A DNA stretch of 64,000 nt, counting the filler, from Rhizaria sp. SCN 62-66 (taxonomy: Eukaryota): NCBI GenBank assembly GCA_001724265.1. It is 5 parts of 5 records of this genome, joined end to end, with 100 filler letters (N's around TTAATTAATTAA, not from the genome) between each part and the next. Parts side by side here need not be neighbours in the genome. Positions count along the whole stretch, not along the records: positions 17,686 to 29,912 come from MEDY01000536.1; positions 30,013 to 42,231 come from MEDY01000537.1; 3 more parts are not named here. One strand, given 5' to 3'. The number at the start of each line of letters is the position of its first letter. The first letter of the stretch is position 1. Position numbers and translations under genes: made by a program. The notes beneath the pieces were generated by a model. It was not told the origin of the DNA. It saw only the letters and a list, made by a program, of their open reading frames with translations, and ran no database searches. Below, piece by piece: positions 23,601 to 37,000 of the stretch.

Positions 23601-26600
23601 TTCACGGTCGAGGTGATGATGTGATAGCTGCTGCGGCGGCCAAGGCCCTTGGCCCCAAACCGCACGTGCCCCAGGCCGTGCCCGAGGCCGTGGCCGTGAG
23701 CGTGGCCGTGCGCGTGCCCGTGCCGCACACTGGCGTCAACGGCGGCCGCCGCAGCCGCAGCCGCAGCGGCCGCGGCGGCCGGGGCCAGAGGGGCCGGGGT
23801 TAGCATGTCGGGGATCGTCGGCGGCTGCGGTAGCGCCATGATCGGGGCGAGACCCGTCGTCGTGGTCAAACCCAGCACGGTTGTGGTCACGGGGCCAGCG
23901 GCCGCGGCGGCCACGGCGGCGGCCGGGACCGTTACAGGCACTGGCACGGGGACTGTGATCGCGCTCCCGGCGACGGTGACGGGGACCGGGACCGACACAG
24001 TCGTCGCATTCGCAGTCGGAGCGGCAGTCGCAGTCGCCGTACTTTGGCCGTTGCTGATGTTGTTCGCAGAAGACGGATTATCAGCAGTGACGTCCCCGGC
24101 GTTAGCCGCCGCGTTGGCAGCGTTCGCTAGTGCGGCAATCAAAGCTGCGCCAGCGTCCGCAGCGACAGAGTCAGTGGCAGCATCACTGCCAGCGCCGGCG
24201 CCGGCGCCAGTGCCAGTGCCCGTGCCCGGGCTGCTGTTTTGACTGGACCCACCGCTGGCACTGGCACTGGACGAGCTACCACTGATACTCGAGCCGGCGC
24301 TGGTGCTGGAGCTGTTACTCATGCTCGCACTGACACTCATGGCATTATTCGCGCTATCAGATCCGTTTGAGATGGCGGTGGTGACGCTCCCGTCGGTCAT
24401 CTCGGCATTCGGACTGGCATTGACACTGACACTGTCGACGCTGATGGTGCTGCTGGAAGCGTTACTGCCGCTGTCTGCCGGGCTCGCGCGCGCTGACAGC
24501 GCACCCGGCAGACCCTTGGCAAGCGCAGCAGCGGCCGCAGCGGCGGCGACGACGAAGTGCATTTGCCCGCGTCCGTACCCAAGCCCGGTACCGATGACCC
24601 CCACGCTCTGGGGCTGGGTCGCGCTCTGCACGGCCGTGAGATCAGAGCCGGTGCCAGAGCCAGAGCCGGATCTTGAGATGAAACTCAAGTTCGAGCTAGC
24701 ATGCGACTGTGACTGTGTTTGTTGCTGCTGCTGTTGATTTTGGTTGACAGACCGCTTGCGGTGGCCGTGGGCCGCGGCGACAACGTGACCCTGGTTATGT
24801 GTATGGTTATTGTGTAGCGGCAGGTGATGCAAGTGCGACGCCGCACCGTTGCCGCCGGTCGTGGCGCCGAGCCCGTGTGAGGCGACAACAGCAGCGGCGG
24901 CGGCTGCAGCGGCGGCAGCGGCGGTGTTGAGCTCGCTGTTGAGGTTGTCCATGCCGAATGTCGCGCCGAACTTGGACCGGAACGCGGGCGCGAACGCCGA
25001 GGCCGTGGCGGGCGTGGCTTCGGAGGGCGGCGGCGGCAACACGGAGCCGCTCGACGTGGGAACCAGCAGCGGAGAAGTGATAGAGCCAGCGCTAGCGCCG
25101 CTAATACCTCCGTTCGTCCCGTGGCCGACGCCGGAGTTGGCGCTGGAGCTCGAGCTCGAGCTGTTTGAGTCGCGAGAGTTTGAGCCAGCGCTAGCGACAG
25201 TGCCAGCGTCAGTGCCAGGAACAGGATTGGCACCGGCCTCGGAGTCAGAGAGCGAGCTCGAGTTGGACCCCCCGTGACCGTGACCGTGGGTTGTATGACC
25301 GTGGGAGAGAAGGCCAGGCGCGGCGCCAGTGTAATGCGGCGCGGTCGGGGTCGGCGATGCCTCCGAGTCACTCATGCTGGGGAAGGTGGACGTGAAAGGA
25401 TTGCTCCCCCCGTAGCCGCCTGCGCCAGTACTAAAAGGATTACTCAGGCCAAGCCCGACGCTCACGCTCGGCGTCGCAACGTAAACGCTGCCAGGAGTAC
25501 TGGAACTCGTGGTGTAGCTGTTGGTGCTCGTGTTGCTGGGATGCACCGACAAATGCGACTGCGGCAGCGAAGCACTGACAGCGCTGAAACTCTCAGCACT
25601 CGCATGACTGTTAGCGTTAGTAGTAGCGGGAGAACCAGCGGTGTTATTCGCGCTGTTGCTAGAGCGATTCCGCGGGCTCTTACGAGACCCCGTTCCCTGT
25701 CCCGGTGGCTGCGGTTGCAATGGTGAGAAGGGAGCCAGCGCCACCGCGTCGCCGGCAGCGATCACAGTCTTGGCCGCCTCAGTCGCGCTCGCGTGTCCAG
25801 CGGTAGCAGGGCCACTAACGGCGGATAACGCACCGGTGTGCAGCGGCACCGGCGGCGGCACGCGCGCCTCCCTGCCCACTGTCGCCGAGCCCGTCGCCGC
25901 CGCCTTGACTGGGGACAGCCCCGCCGCCGCCGTGGCCGCGGCCGAGGACGCAGTGGCGACGAGCTTTGCGGGGGACAGACCGCGCTTGCCGCGAGGGGAC
26001 ACCACGGTCGGCGCGGCGGCGAGACCTCCGACGATGGATGCAGCGGGGGGCTGCAGCGTCGTTGCAGTGTGCGCTCCAGTGACAGAGACATCGCCAGTGG
26101 CCGAGGCTGGGATGCGGGCCGGCGAGCCGCGAGCAGCAGCGCGTTTCTTGACCGCCGCTTTGGCATTGTTGCTCTCGGCCTTGTTGCTGTCGGCGTTGTA
26201 GTCGTGGCCCGCGTCACTCGTAGCGGTTTGACCGGCAACCGCAGTCACCTTGTGGGTATTGGTATTGGTAGCGTTTTTGTTCTGCGAGACCGGGCTGTCA
26301 ACGTACACGCCGCGGTCCAAGGACCCCGCGGGCCTGTCCAAGTACCCCCCGGTGAAGGGCGGCGTGGAGCACGGCGACGACGAGTCGGCGCGGCCTAACG
26401 CCGGCAGCAGCAGCGCGCTGACGCCGTAGCTGTGGCTCAGGCCGAGGCTCTGCACGGTCGAGCCGCCGGCCAGGACGGAGCGGCTGCGAGCAGAGTGACC
26501 GTGAGCAGAGTGACAAGGGGCAGATGTTGCGTCCTCGGTGTCGACGTCAGAGTCAGTCATTGCCACAGGCCGCGTCTGTGACTGAAATTGCGGCTGCAGC

Positions 26601-28972
26601 TGCGGCTGCGGCAGTCCGTCATCGTCAGCAGTGTTGGTTTCGCTGGCCTTGGGATCATCGCTCATAGTCTCGGTTGCAGCAGTAGGCTTGTGAGCGCGGA
26701 GCGAGCCTCGGCGACTTTTGACGCTAGAGTCCGCGGTTGAGTTAGCGCCTGTGGAGGCTTCAGTACCCGTGCTGGTACCCGTGCTGTCGCTCGCACTGGG
26801 GCTCCGCCGCACGTCACCAACGGTGCTCACACTAGTCCGCGCACTGCTACTGGTGGCGCCCGTGTTCTGGCCACTGCCATTACCACCGGTGCTGTCGCCC
26901 GTGCTCCCGTCGCCAGAGTAAGGGGTTCCGCCAGCAGTGCCAGCGGTACTGCTGCCGGCAGAACTGTTGACTGAACTACCAGTGCTCACCGCCGCAGCCG
27001 TGTCGGCAGAGTTGGCGCCAGTAAGGCTGTTCGAGTCCAGAGCAGCGACTGTGGCAGCGGCGGCGTCGGCGTTCCGAGTACTGCGACGCAGGTTGCGAAC
27101 CGCGCCAGTGCTGTTGCTGCTGTTGTTGCTGTTGTTGCTGGCGACCGAGCTATTGCAGCTTGTACCGCCGCTGCTGTTGTTGGTGCTACTGTTGTTGTTG
27201 TTGTTGTTGTTGTTGCTGTTATTATTATTATTGCTGTTAACAGCAGAGACTCTGGCACTGTTGCGCTTGCTTCTAGCATTGGCATTCGCGCTGGTGTTCA
27301 CGGTGTCATTGTGATTATCAGGCATATGGACAGCAGACTGTGAGACGGCCTCAGCTGTAGACTGAGCCTGAGTTTGAATCTGGTTCTGAGTCGGAGCCTG
27401 TGACAGATCAGAGCCAGTATTGTTGCCGGCGCCAGCAACCGCTGATGCCACGGCGGCATATGCTGGGCCCACAGCCGCGCCAGCGCCAGCGCCAGCAGCT
27501 GCAATGCCACTCAGATTTCTGACCTGGCTGCCGTTGCTTGCGAGAGGGGCAGTGCTCGGCGGCGTCACACCGTCGCTGCCCCCGTCCTTTGCGGCAAGCG
27601 CACGACTGGCCGAGAGCGACAGCACGCCCCTGTGGCCCTGCTTGGCCTCGGTGCGGCGGGCTTCGAGGCAGCGTGGGCAGTCGCAGTCGCCAGAAGGCTC
27701 GTGGGGAGCTGCGGTGGCATCGTCGTCGTCGTCATCGTCATCGTCGTCGTACTCGTACAAATCGTCATCGTCGTCGTCGTCGTCATCGTCGTCATCGTCG
27801 TCGTCGTCACTGTTGTCGTCGTTGTTGTTGTTGTTACGTTGCTGTTGTTGTTGTTGTTGCTGCTGCACCACCTTAGGCAGTCCTTTGCTTTTGCGACTAA
27901 GCCCGATCGAGGCGGATGACCCATGCACGCCCGCCGCCTCAGCCTCAGCTCGCCTCGCCGCCGCCGTCGCCGCCGCGGCCACGGGGTCCACGGGGTCGCC
28001 GTCAGCCGCGGCCGCGGCGGGCACGTCGTCGACGGCGGCCGCGCCCAGCGCAACCGGCGCGAGAGCAAGAGCGGCGACAACGCCCGCCGCGGCCGAGTGC
28101 GCCGCAGCCGCGTTGCCGGTCAGGGCGCGGAGGCCGCCGCCGCCGCCGCCAGGAGAACCGAGTGCGCCGGGACTGCCGCCGCCGGCCAAACCGGGGCCGG
28201 GGCTAGAGGTGCCGTTGCTGTTGTTGCTGTTGCCGTTATTGGGCGGAGAGATAATGATGTGGCGGACCGACTGGCGGCTGTTCGGAGACGCGCCCGCAGT
28301 GGGCTTGCCCACAGAAAGCGGGATCGGCGGCGCCTGCAACGCGGACGCGGCAACAGTCGTCGTCGCCGCAGCCGCTGTGTGGGCGGTGACGGCATTGGCA
28401 TTATTGTTGGTCGCATTGGCGGGTTTAACGTGGTTGTTGTTGGCAGGCAAAGCTGAGTTAATCGGCAACGGTGCAATGCCAAGCGCACCAATCCCGCTGC
28501 CGCCGATGCCGCCGCCGGGGACGCCCTTGATGCCAATGCCGCCGAGGCCCAGCTCGAGCCCCAAGCCAGCGCGGCGGTTCACGACCGCGCGGTTGTGCAT
28601 GCCGAGCCCGCCGCCGCCGCCGCCGTACGCGGCCGCAAACCGCGCGCCCAGGGCCGTGGCAGTGGTGCCGTGCGCCGCGGTGGCGTTTACACCGAGGGGA
28701 TTGGTCGCGTTTGAATGGGCCGCCGATGTATGGCTGATGTGGTTAGGCATGTGGGCGGCGGGGACCGAGGGGACGGAGAGGCCAGGCAGCCCCCGCACAA
28801 GGCCTGAGAGCGCGGGCGGGGCGGGGCCGGCCGGGGGGCGCGATATAGCGGCAGGTGCAGCGGCCGCGGTCGCGGTTGCAGAGCTATCGTTGGCCGCGGA
28901 GGCAGCGGAAGGCAGCAGCGGACCGGCTGTGACAGCGGCTGCGGGGGCACCGGAGCCGAAAGGGGCGCTCAT
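17686..28972 (-). CDS. Giant TKL/Raf-like (MAP3K-type) protein kinase, 3' truncated at contig end (>3700 aa)
   Basis: Kinase domain at about 18420-19200: IGEGSFGEVFRG, VALK, HPNIV, IIHRDLKTANIL, LADFGLS, GTPCYMAPE, DVFSFGVVLCEL, CW...RPS. It is followed by a coiled-coil-like region and preceded by ~3200 aa of low-complexity sequence. Confidence 0.92.
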
Positions 28973-29764
28973 CGTCGCTGCACACGCTTATACAAAGCGC
29001 GAGAGGCTGCGGCGCTAGGCGGGCGTGCTGTCGGGGTTGGTGCGGGGTCGCGGCAGAGGGCGCGGGGCGCCTCGAGAAGGGCTGCGGCGGGGGGCAGACT
29101 ACGAGAGCGGGCAGAGCGCGCGGGAAACGCAGTGTATAGACACGCAAAGAATGCAGCGCGGTTGCTTTAAGATAGAAGCAAGCAAAAACAAGGTCGTTGT
29201 AAGCTGTTGTAACGCGCGCGGTGCTGCTGGGAAAGCCTGACTGGTGAGAGCCGGTTAGGAGGGCCATGACGAGAGCGGGTGTAATTGGCATAGCGCATAT
29301 GGCATCGGAAAAGAAGCCACAAGTGCGTTAAACGTATAAGAATAGCACATCCATATATAAACTCATATCCACAATGTTTTTTCGTCATTGACGAACTATG
29401 CAGCCTGTGAGCAAGACATTTCAAAGCCGATCACTGGCCTCCCCGCGAACAAGCCGGAGCTGGTCGCTTTGTGAGCAAGGTCAGCTGGTCATCTTGGCTT
29501 TCACCCACTGACAGCAGAGTCAGCTAACAAGAGCATAGAAAGGCCTAAAGCGAACAATACATCATTACAAAGATCCAATTATGACATGAAATATTGAATT
29601 TGTACTTGATTTATATTGTTTCTAGTGTTTACGTTTGTATTATTCAGAGACGATAGAGTCCAATGGCCATAAAGTCAAACAGCAGAGAACAATGGCGTTT
29701 TCAGCAACAGTTTTCTTTGTATCAGAGCAAAAAGAGAGAAGACAATGCGTTAGCAACGACCACT

Positions 29765-29912
29765 TCAGCACATCTTGCGGACGAGGTTGTTGATGTACGA
29801 CTTGCGGTCGCCGGCATCGCCGCCCTCGTTGAAGCCGGTCTTCTTGGAGACCCAGCCACCGGTGGGGGTGTTGAGCTTGAAGGGCCAGAGGAAGGAGTTG
29901 CACTGCTTGAAG
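29765..29912 (-). CDS. RPL7: 60S ribosomal protein L7 (uL30), C-terminal fragment
   Basis: Not in the ORF track. The minus strand reads FKQCNSFLWPFKLNTPTGGWVSKKTGFNEGGDAGDRKSYINNLVRKMC*, matching the conserved uL30 C-terminus (NFLWPFKL...GGDAGNR...IN.L.R.M). Ends in TGA; 5' part cut off by the spacer. Confidence 0.93.
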
Positions 29913-30012
29913 NNNNNNNNNNNNNNNNNNNNNNNNNNNNNNNNNNNNNNNNNNNNTTAATTAATTAANNNNNNNNNNNNNNNNNNNNNNNNNNNNNNNN
30001 NNNNNNNNNNNN
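29913..30012. other. Artificial contig-joining spacer
   Basis: 100 nt of N surrounding TTAATTAATTAA. Confidence 0.97.
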
Positions 30013-31089
30013 GTTGTGCACGAACTCAAACACAATTTTACGACATACCTATCAAGATTTCGTCAATAACAGCAAACGGCCCAATTCGCGACCCCCGTGT
30101 CACCGTGGTCATTCGCTTTGGCTGGCTGGGATGCAATCAATGGAACTTGCCTAAGGCCTTGGCGATAGCGCAGCACTAGAATTCGTTGGTTAGATCATTT
30201 GATAATCACATTTTCTCTCCAATAGAGTTCGCGGAGTGAAATAATTGTAATTTATGACCTGTTGGTAAACAAACAGCTTGCGGCTACTCTCAAAAATGGA
30301 GCTCCCTGTGATCACAGAGAGGTCCCCAAACCATGGTTGGCCTTGATTTCCATTTAAGTTTTTCTCCACGAGACGGACGCATTCCAGTTAGCTGTTAAGC
30401 TAATCACGCTGAACAGACACGGGTTTGCTAGTAACGTTCTTTTATGGCTGTATTTAGCGCTCATTGGGTTGTGTATTGTGGCTTAGCCTCTCCACAAGCC
30501 CCTCCTAGTTTTTGCCCCGAATCTCATTTTCAATCGCACATTCTACGAAAACTACATATTGAGAAGACAATTCGATTTCTTAGCTGTTATGTAAATATTG
30601 TATTCAGAAACATTTTGTCTTTTTTAATACGCTCTCTTTTTCAGCCGTAGTATCAATTTTCACTTCTCTTCCTATCTCAACTTGCTCTCCGTCTTGACTC
30701 GCAAGAGTCTCTAGTGGACTTTCTTTGCTCTCTAGCTGAGTATTAGGAGTGTTGACAAACAGAAATTGCGTTGTATTTCACGTACTTTGATTTGCCGCTA
30801 CACATCTCTGAGGTTGAGCTTTGTCTTATCTCGGTCAACTGTTCAACGTCCGCGCACACGCACCGCAGAAACACAAGCGCGACAAATCTTAAAGCGTGAC
30901 TTCGTGTAGTCGTACCATATTGCCTGCTTGCTCGTGAACAGCACATCACAGCGCAGCGCAATACAGTACGTGTCAATTTAACTGCGACTATTTTCAGCTC
31001 TCACAGCGCCTATTGTGGAAACAGAAAAACCTGAGTAAAGCGAGTACTCATTATCTCATCGCAGCAACAACGACTTCAACACCTGCAAT

Positions 31090-34000
31090 ATGAACAGAAA
31101 TACGAGAAGTCTCCCGCGCTTAGGACATCTCACTATTGTTCTATTGTTGCTTGTGGCACTCTCCACCGCCGTGCACACTTTCACGATTGGTAGCGGCCTC
31201 GGTGGCTCCACAGTGCCGTTCCGCGTCACTCTGAGCTCGCTCGCCGCGGGCGACACGACTCTCCAGCTTCTGCTCGTTGATACCACATCTGTCCGAGTCT
31301 TCCTCACTAAGTCAATCCGCAACTGTCGCGTAGAGACACCGAATCCGGCCGTGTCTATTGTCAGCGTGAACGCAGCGTTTGACAGCGAAGAGATCGTCGT
31401 ACGCGCTTCGTCGCCCGTGGTTAAAAGCGTTATTCTCTCATGCCAGGTCACCCTGTTCCCCTAGCTGACTTACACTGGCAGCACCCGCATTGCGTCGCTG
31501 CGCACGGTTGTTGAGGGCACCACACAGGGCACCGACATGGCCGCGTTTGCAGTTACAGGCTCGCACGTCTTGAACACGCCGTTGGGCGACAAGGCGTTTT
31601 ACGAGGACCAGTGGATTGGCGCCAGTAACCGCGTCGTCATCCCGCTCAGCTACTCCGGCGACCTGAAGCGCACTGCAGTCGCGCTGGGCGCCGTGAATCT
31701 TGTGCTGACGATACACGGTGCCACCTCAGTTCAGTTCACCTCCGCGAATACGCACTGCGAACTGGACTACCGCCCGCTGCTCCCAGCCGTGCTGTCGCTG
31801 CAAGCGCCAGTCATCCGTGACGATGGCACGATGGCGATGATGGAGATTCCCACGAACGCCATCCCCGTCGACATCCCCGACGCGTACGTGGGCACGCTGC
31901 GCTGCGCGGTCCCGTGGCGCTCGCTGACCGAGACGGGCCCGCAGGACAGCACCGAGTTCACGGTCGCGCTGGCGCTGCAGTTCGGCAGTGTCGTCGTCGC
32001 CGGCCCCGAGCTTGTCCTCGACACCGTTGCCACGGCCACCGGCGCCGACTGGGAGGTGGCGTTCACCACGGACTCTGTGCTCTGGGACGAGAACGCCGCC
32101 GGGCTCCACGGCAGCGGCTCCGGCTTCCTGCGACTGGGTCTCACGCGTGGCGGCGGCAGCACCGAGACGTACCGCGGCGCCCCGGGCACGTTCTGCACTG
32201 TCGCCGCACGGCCCGTCAGCGCCGCCGCGGTTGTCGACGGCGGCGCGGTGACCGTGTCCGTGGTGCCGCCCGTCGCGCCCTCGACGATCATGGCTACGGG
32301 CTACTGCCACATCCCGGTCACGAGTCTGCTCGTGCACGGCGCGGGCGAAGACGTCGCCCACGGGACTGTGCTTGTGGTGTCGATGTATTTTCCCTCGGCG
32401 CCGCCGGCATTGACTGCGAATAGCTCGCTTGGCTTTGTTGACGGGTGGATTTCGCGCTCGTTTTCGCTCGATTTGGTACGTTGCTTTATGTGGTGGGTCT
32501 TATCATGATCAAAACGCAACACGTTTAACCCCCTTTTTTTTTCAGCGTCATTATTCGTTATCAAACGTGTATTATTTCCCAATGACCTCGCATTTTCTTT
32601 TGCTTGTGTGTCTTATTCCCTTATTTTAGCCAGTCAACACGGCCGCGATAGATGCCCCCACCAAGACAGTTACGTCGATCTCTTCCTTCACGCCCCGCGG
32701 CTTCTACCAGCCGCACCGCGCGTCTAATCCGTTCATCACAGCGGTGCCGTTCACTAGTCCACTCCAGGACTGGTATTCGCTACCGCCGCAGCTGTCGCTG
32801 TCCGTCTCGTCCGCGCGCCCGGCCCCACGCCCGCGCCCGCGCTACCTGCAGGCCACTGCCTCGGGCGCCGCCGCTGGCCCCCAGCTCATTAACCTGTCCC
32901 CGTTGACGACGGGCCAGTACTCGTTCTTCTTTGGCGGCGTCGCGCTGCGCACTTACCCGTTCGCGTCCTCGACGCCGTAGAAACCGACGGCGGCGCCCGC
33001 GGTGCTGTCGGACCTGTGGATGGTCGACGCGCTGGCCAACACCACAACGCTGCTGTACGGCGACCCGGCGAAGCTCTCGCTGCCCGCTGGGCTCCCCGTC
33101 GTGGGATCGCTGACTGCGGGCGTGTACTCGCCAGTGCTGTATCCCGCGGCGCGGCACTCGGCCTCGCTGGCCTACGACGCTTACACGCGCACGCTCTGGC
33201 TTTTTGGCGGCGCGTATCACTCTATCACTGCCCAGAACAACGATAAACATGCGTTTTTTGAGGATATGTGGTCGTTCAGTCTTGACCGCAGGCAGTGGGC
33301 GTGGTGGCGTGGCAATACCGATGTGGTGTCGAGGCCTTCTACGCCGCAGACTGTTTTGGACACAGCCCCGCCCCCGCCCACGGCCGCGGCGGCCACGGCG
33401 GCATACAAAGGCCAAATCGTCATCTACGGCGGTACGTAGTCGCATTTCTCAAAGCAAAGACCCATTAGCGTTGACATTGCTGGTCTATATATATTTGAAA
33501 TTGCATGTATTTCCAAGAGGAGGAGGCTAAGGACGCTTTTTTTTTTTCTTCTTCAATCAGGCTACAAATTGTCATCCACCGCCAATCCGGCCGGTTACAG
33601 CCCCATTTACGAATCAGACTCTGTGTATGTTGCCACAAATGCCGACGCTTCGACTCTGACGTGGAGCCGCATTATAGGCTCGGAATACTCCACGGACAGT
33701 GTGATCCCGTCTCGCGGCGACTCCTGGATGCCGTCCGCGCGCGCCTACGCCGCACTGATGTGGGAGACGCACAACACAGGCACGGGCGGCACGCTCGCTA
33801 TGTACGGCGGCACGCTCTCCGCGCTGCAGCCCGACGCTCCCAGCTTCGCGGTGACCCCAGAAGAGACGCTGCAAACAGCACCGGGGCCGGAGAACGACTC
33901 CGGCGTGCTGGCGGGGCTCTGGCTGATTAAGATCAAGCTCGGCGCCCCCACTGTGTGGGTCCGCCTCGACGCGCCATCGCCGGCGCCGACTGCGGGCGAG

Positions 34001-37000
34001 CGCGGGCAGCCGCGGCTGATTCCGGTTACGGGCTCGGACCTCGCTCCGAGCCCCGGCGGCCGCGTGTTCCATGCGATCAACACCGCGGCCAACGGGGACA
34101 TCTTCCTCTACGGCGGCCGCGGACACGGCGTCGGCGCAGTCGTGCGCCCCGACAGCGCCAACACGCCCGAGGTCGCGCTCAGCGCGCTGCCGGCCGCCGC
34201 GCCGTTCACGCTGCCGCTCAGGGGCCGGTTCAACGCGCTGATGACTGCGAATAGCCTTCATGCGTTTCTATACACTGCGGACGAACTCTGGGCTGCGGGG
34301 CTGCCGACACGGTTAAACCTGCCTACATTGGATATTATGGTGAAGCTGAGTGAGAATGCGCGGCTTGCACAAACTGGTGTGTGGACTGGTACAGGCTATT
34401 TCCGTGTCCGTACGATGCTGGTTGCGACGTCACTCGCGGATTTCTCCACCTCAGATGCGACTTTGCTTGACAACATTGAGAGTACCTTACTCGCGCAGCC
34501 TGGTCTCAAAATTGACCCGTCTAAGTGGGCGCCTGGTACTTACATGTCTATCAACACCCCGTATCTGAAGGACACCACGCTTGATCCTCCAACACTTGCT
34601 GCGGCGCAATCACACGTAAATGCTCTCCTGTACCTTGCTATTGAGTATAGCCTTGAAGGAGATGAGACGACCTCAACGACAGCGCGCTTCGGGCTTGAAA
34701 TGCGTCATAGTACGTCTACACGCTCTATGTCCCTGATCAAAGATGCAATGCCAGCCTCCGGATCAGCAGCCCGCAACTTTGACACTTACACAGCTCGCCC
34801 AGTGCTTGTGTTCCGGTCCCCGCTGCCCAGCCACCCTCTGACGCAGCCCCCGGTGACGATTTCGCGCCTCGCCGCGCCACAGCTCGATGACCTGTGGCAG
34901 TTCCAGCGCGCTAGCGGCTCTTGGCGTCTGCTGCGCGGGTTTCACGCCCCGATCACGCGGACTGGCGGGGCCCAATCTCGCATCGCTGATCCCTCGAGCA
35001 CGGACATGTTCTGGCCCGGCGCGCGCCTCGGCGCCACGCTGTCGATCCCGACGTCGAGCACACTGCTGGCGAATGTGGACTTCGAAGCGTCGCTTTTTCT
35101 CCGCGGCGGCTGGACCGTCGGCTCGACCCACGCTGCGGAGCGCGCGTTTTACGCCGACCCGGCAGTGGAGCGCAGTCTTGAGGACTGTGAGCAGCTGACT
35201 GTGCACGATGACCTCTGGACAATTGATGTTGTTCACGCCACTGGCAATCACGTTTGTGTTGACAGCACAGCGTTCGACTCAAGCATTTGCCACGCCCCCA
35301 CAGAGAACAATATGACCGCGCTGCTTACGCCGTGGCTGCCACTGACGGACACTTTCTACGGCGAGCAGCCTCGTCTGTCATTGTCGCAGTCTCAAGGCAA
35401 CACGTGCCCCGCAGGCTTTGCCGCGGACTACTGCAGCCTCGGCAACGGCGAGTGCATCGCCGGCGGCGGCTCAGCATTTTGCCACTGCAACAGCTACACG
35501 CAGGGCGCGCGGTGCGATGCGAGCAACCTTGCGGAGGTCAAGGCCAAGCTGCAGCTCGGCCACGGCTCAGTGCTGCTGGCTGGCGACGCGGTCCAGGCCG
35601 TGCTGCCCTTCGCCGCCGTCGCGCATCGGCCGGGCACCGGTGAGGTCTACAGCTTTGGCGGCGCCGTGGTCGACTCACACACCGGCTCCGCTTTTGCCAG
35701 CGCGGCCTTCACGCGCGTTGACATGATCGCCAACACGGTGTTCCAGATCCCGCGCACTCCAGGGTACGCTGTGACGCACGAGTATTCACAGATGTTCATA
35801 CCAACGTTACAAGCTGGCGGTATGTATGTGGCACCTATGGCACCACCACCGAGCCTGGAGTCTCACGCCTGGTTTTCACCAGACGGGGCCAACATGTATC
35901 TGTACGCTGATAGCTTTGTGGCACCGCCCGGTCTGTGGGTCTACTCTGTTCAGAACAAGGTACGCATTGAGCACGCGTTTGATGATGTTCGACTGTAATC
36001 CAGAGTATTTTGTTTATTGAATTGATGAAGGCATGCTTTTTCTCTTAAAATGTACCTATATATCTTCGCTACACCTCATTTTCATGCCCCCCTTCCCTCT
36101 CCATAATCGTCCATATTTTTATCATGCAATTCAACATTCCAGTCGTGGACGACGGCAGGCTTTGACCACTTGAGCTCATCGTACCCGTGGGGCTCTACCC
36201 CTTACAGATTCAACGCCGGTGGCGACGGTGACCAAGGCGCTGACTACCACCCCGGCGCGCGCCAAGGCTTTGCCAAGGCGTCATACTCCCGGTCAACCTC
36301 GGCGGACAACGACTCGATGTTCTGCATCTACTCGGGGTCTCAGTCGTACCTCTCTGGAGCCTATGGCGACTCTTATAACACGGACCTATGGTGTTTGTAT
36401 ACCACGACAAACACCACGACAGGGGTTCATGACGCAAAGTACGTTTTTACGAGCCAACTTAACCTACTTATTGTTTTGCCCTTCCATGGATATTTTGTGA
36501 CTCATTGGCATCTGACATGCGCAACCGTCTTTTGTTTAATCTTGGTCCGTAGATGGGCGCGCATGTCTGGTCTCTCCAACCTTTTAGCGAGTGAGTTCGT
36601 CCAGTCGGCCTCCTCCTCAGGCACTTATGCTCATACCAACAACCCTGGCGCGCGCCTCGGTGCCAGCATGACATTCTCCCACGACGGCCGCTTCCTCTAC
36701 CTCTTCGGTGGCTCGCTGCACGTTGCCTCTGTGAACGGCAACATCAGGCTCCAGCGTCCGACCCTCTTGGCCGACCTGTGGGTGTTCTCTTTCTCCGAGA
36801 TGCAGTGGGCATACCTCTCCGGCCCACTCACCTGGGCCGTGCAGGGCAGTGCGCACGCGCGCAGCACCGTCGCCACCGTCGGCGCATTCTCGCGGCTCCA
36901 GGCGCCTGGCGCGCGCGCCTACGCCAGTATGACGGCCGACGCCGACGGGCTCGTGTACGTGGGCTACGGCATGCGGCTGGTGCTGGCCGCAGGCACGACG

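Noticed and set aside
31447-31464. Tiny in-frame GT...TAG introns (18 nt here, 30 nt at 7596, 27 nt at 15296) as the explanation for internal TAGs
   Set aside because: The donors mostly lack the GTACGT consensus, lengths are inconsistent, 15272-15295 is conserved as protein in the paralog, and no suitable short donor exists for 6021. Not formally excluded without RNA data.
33437-33439. TAG ending ORF 33002..33439, and similarly TAG at 40154-40156
   Set aside because: Both fall inside inferred introns just after GTACGT/GTATGC donors, so they are not counted as exonic TAGs or as true stops.
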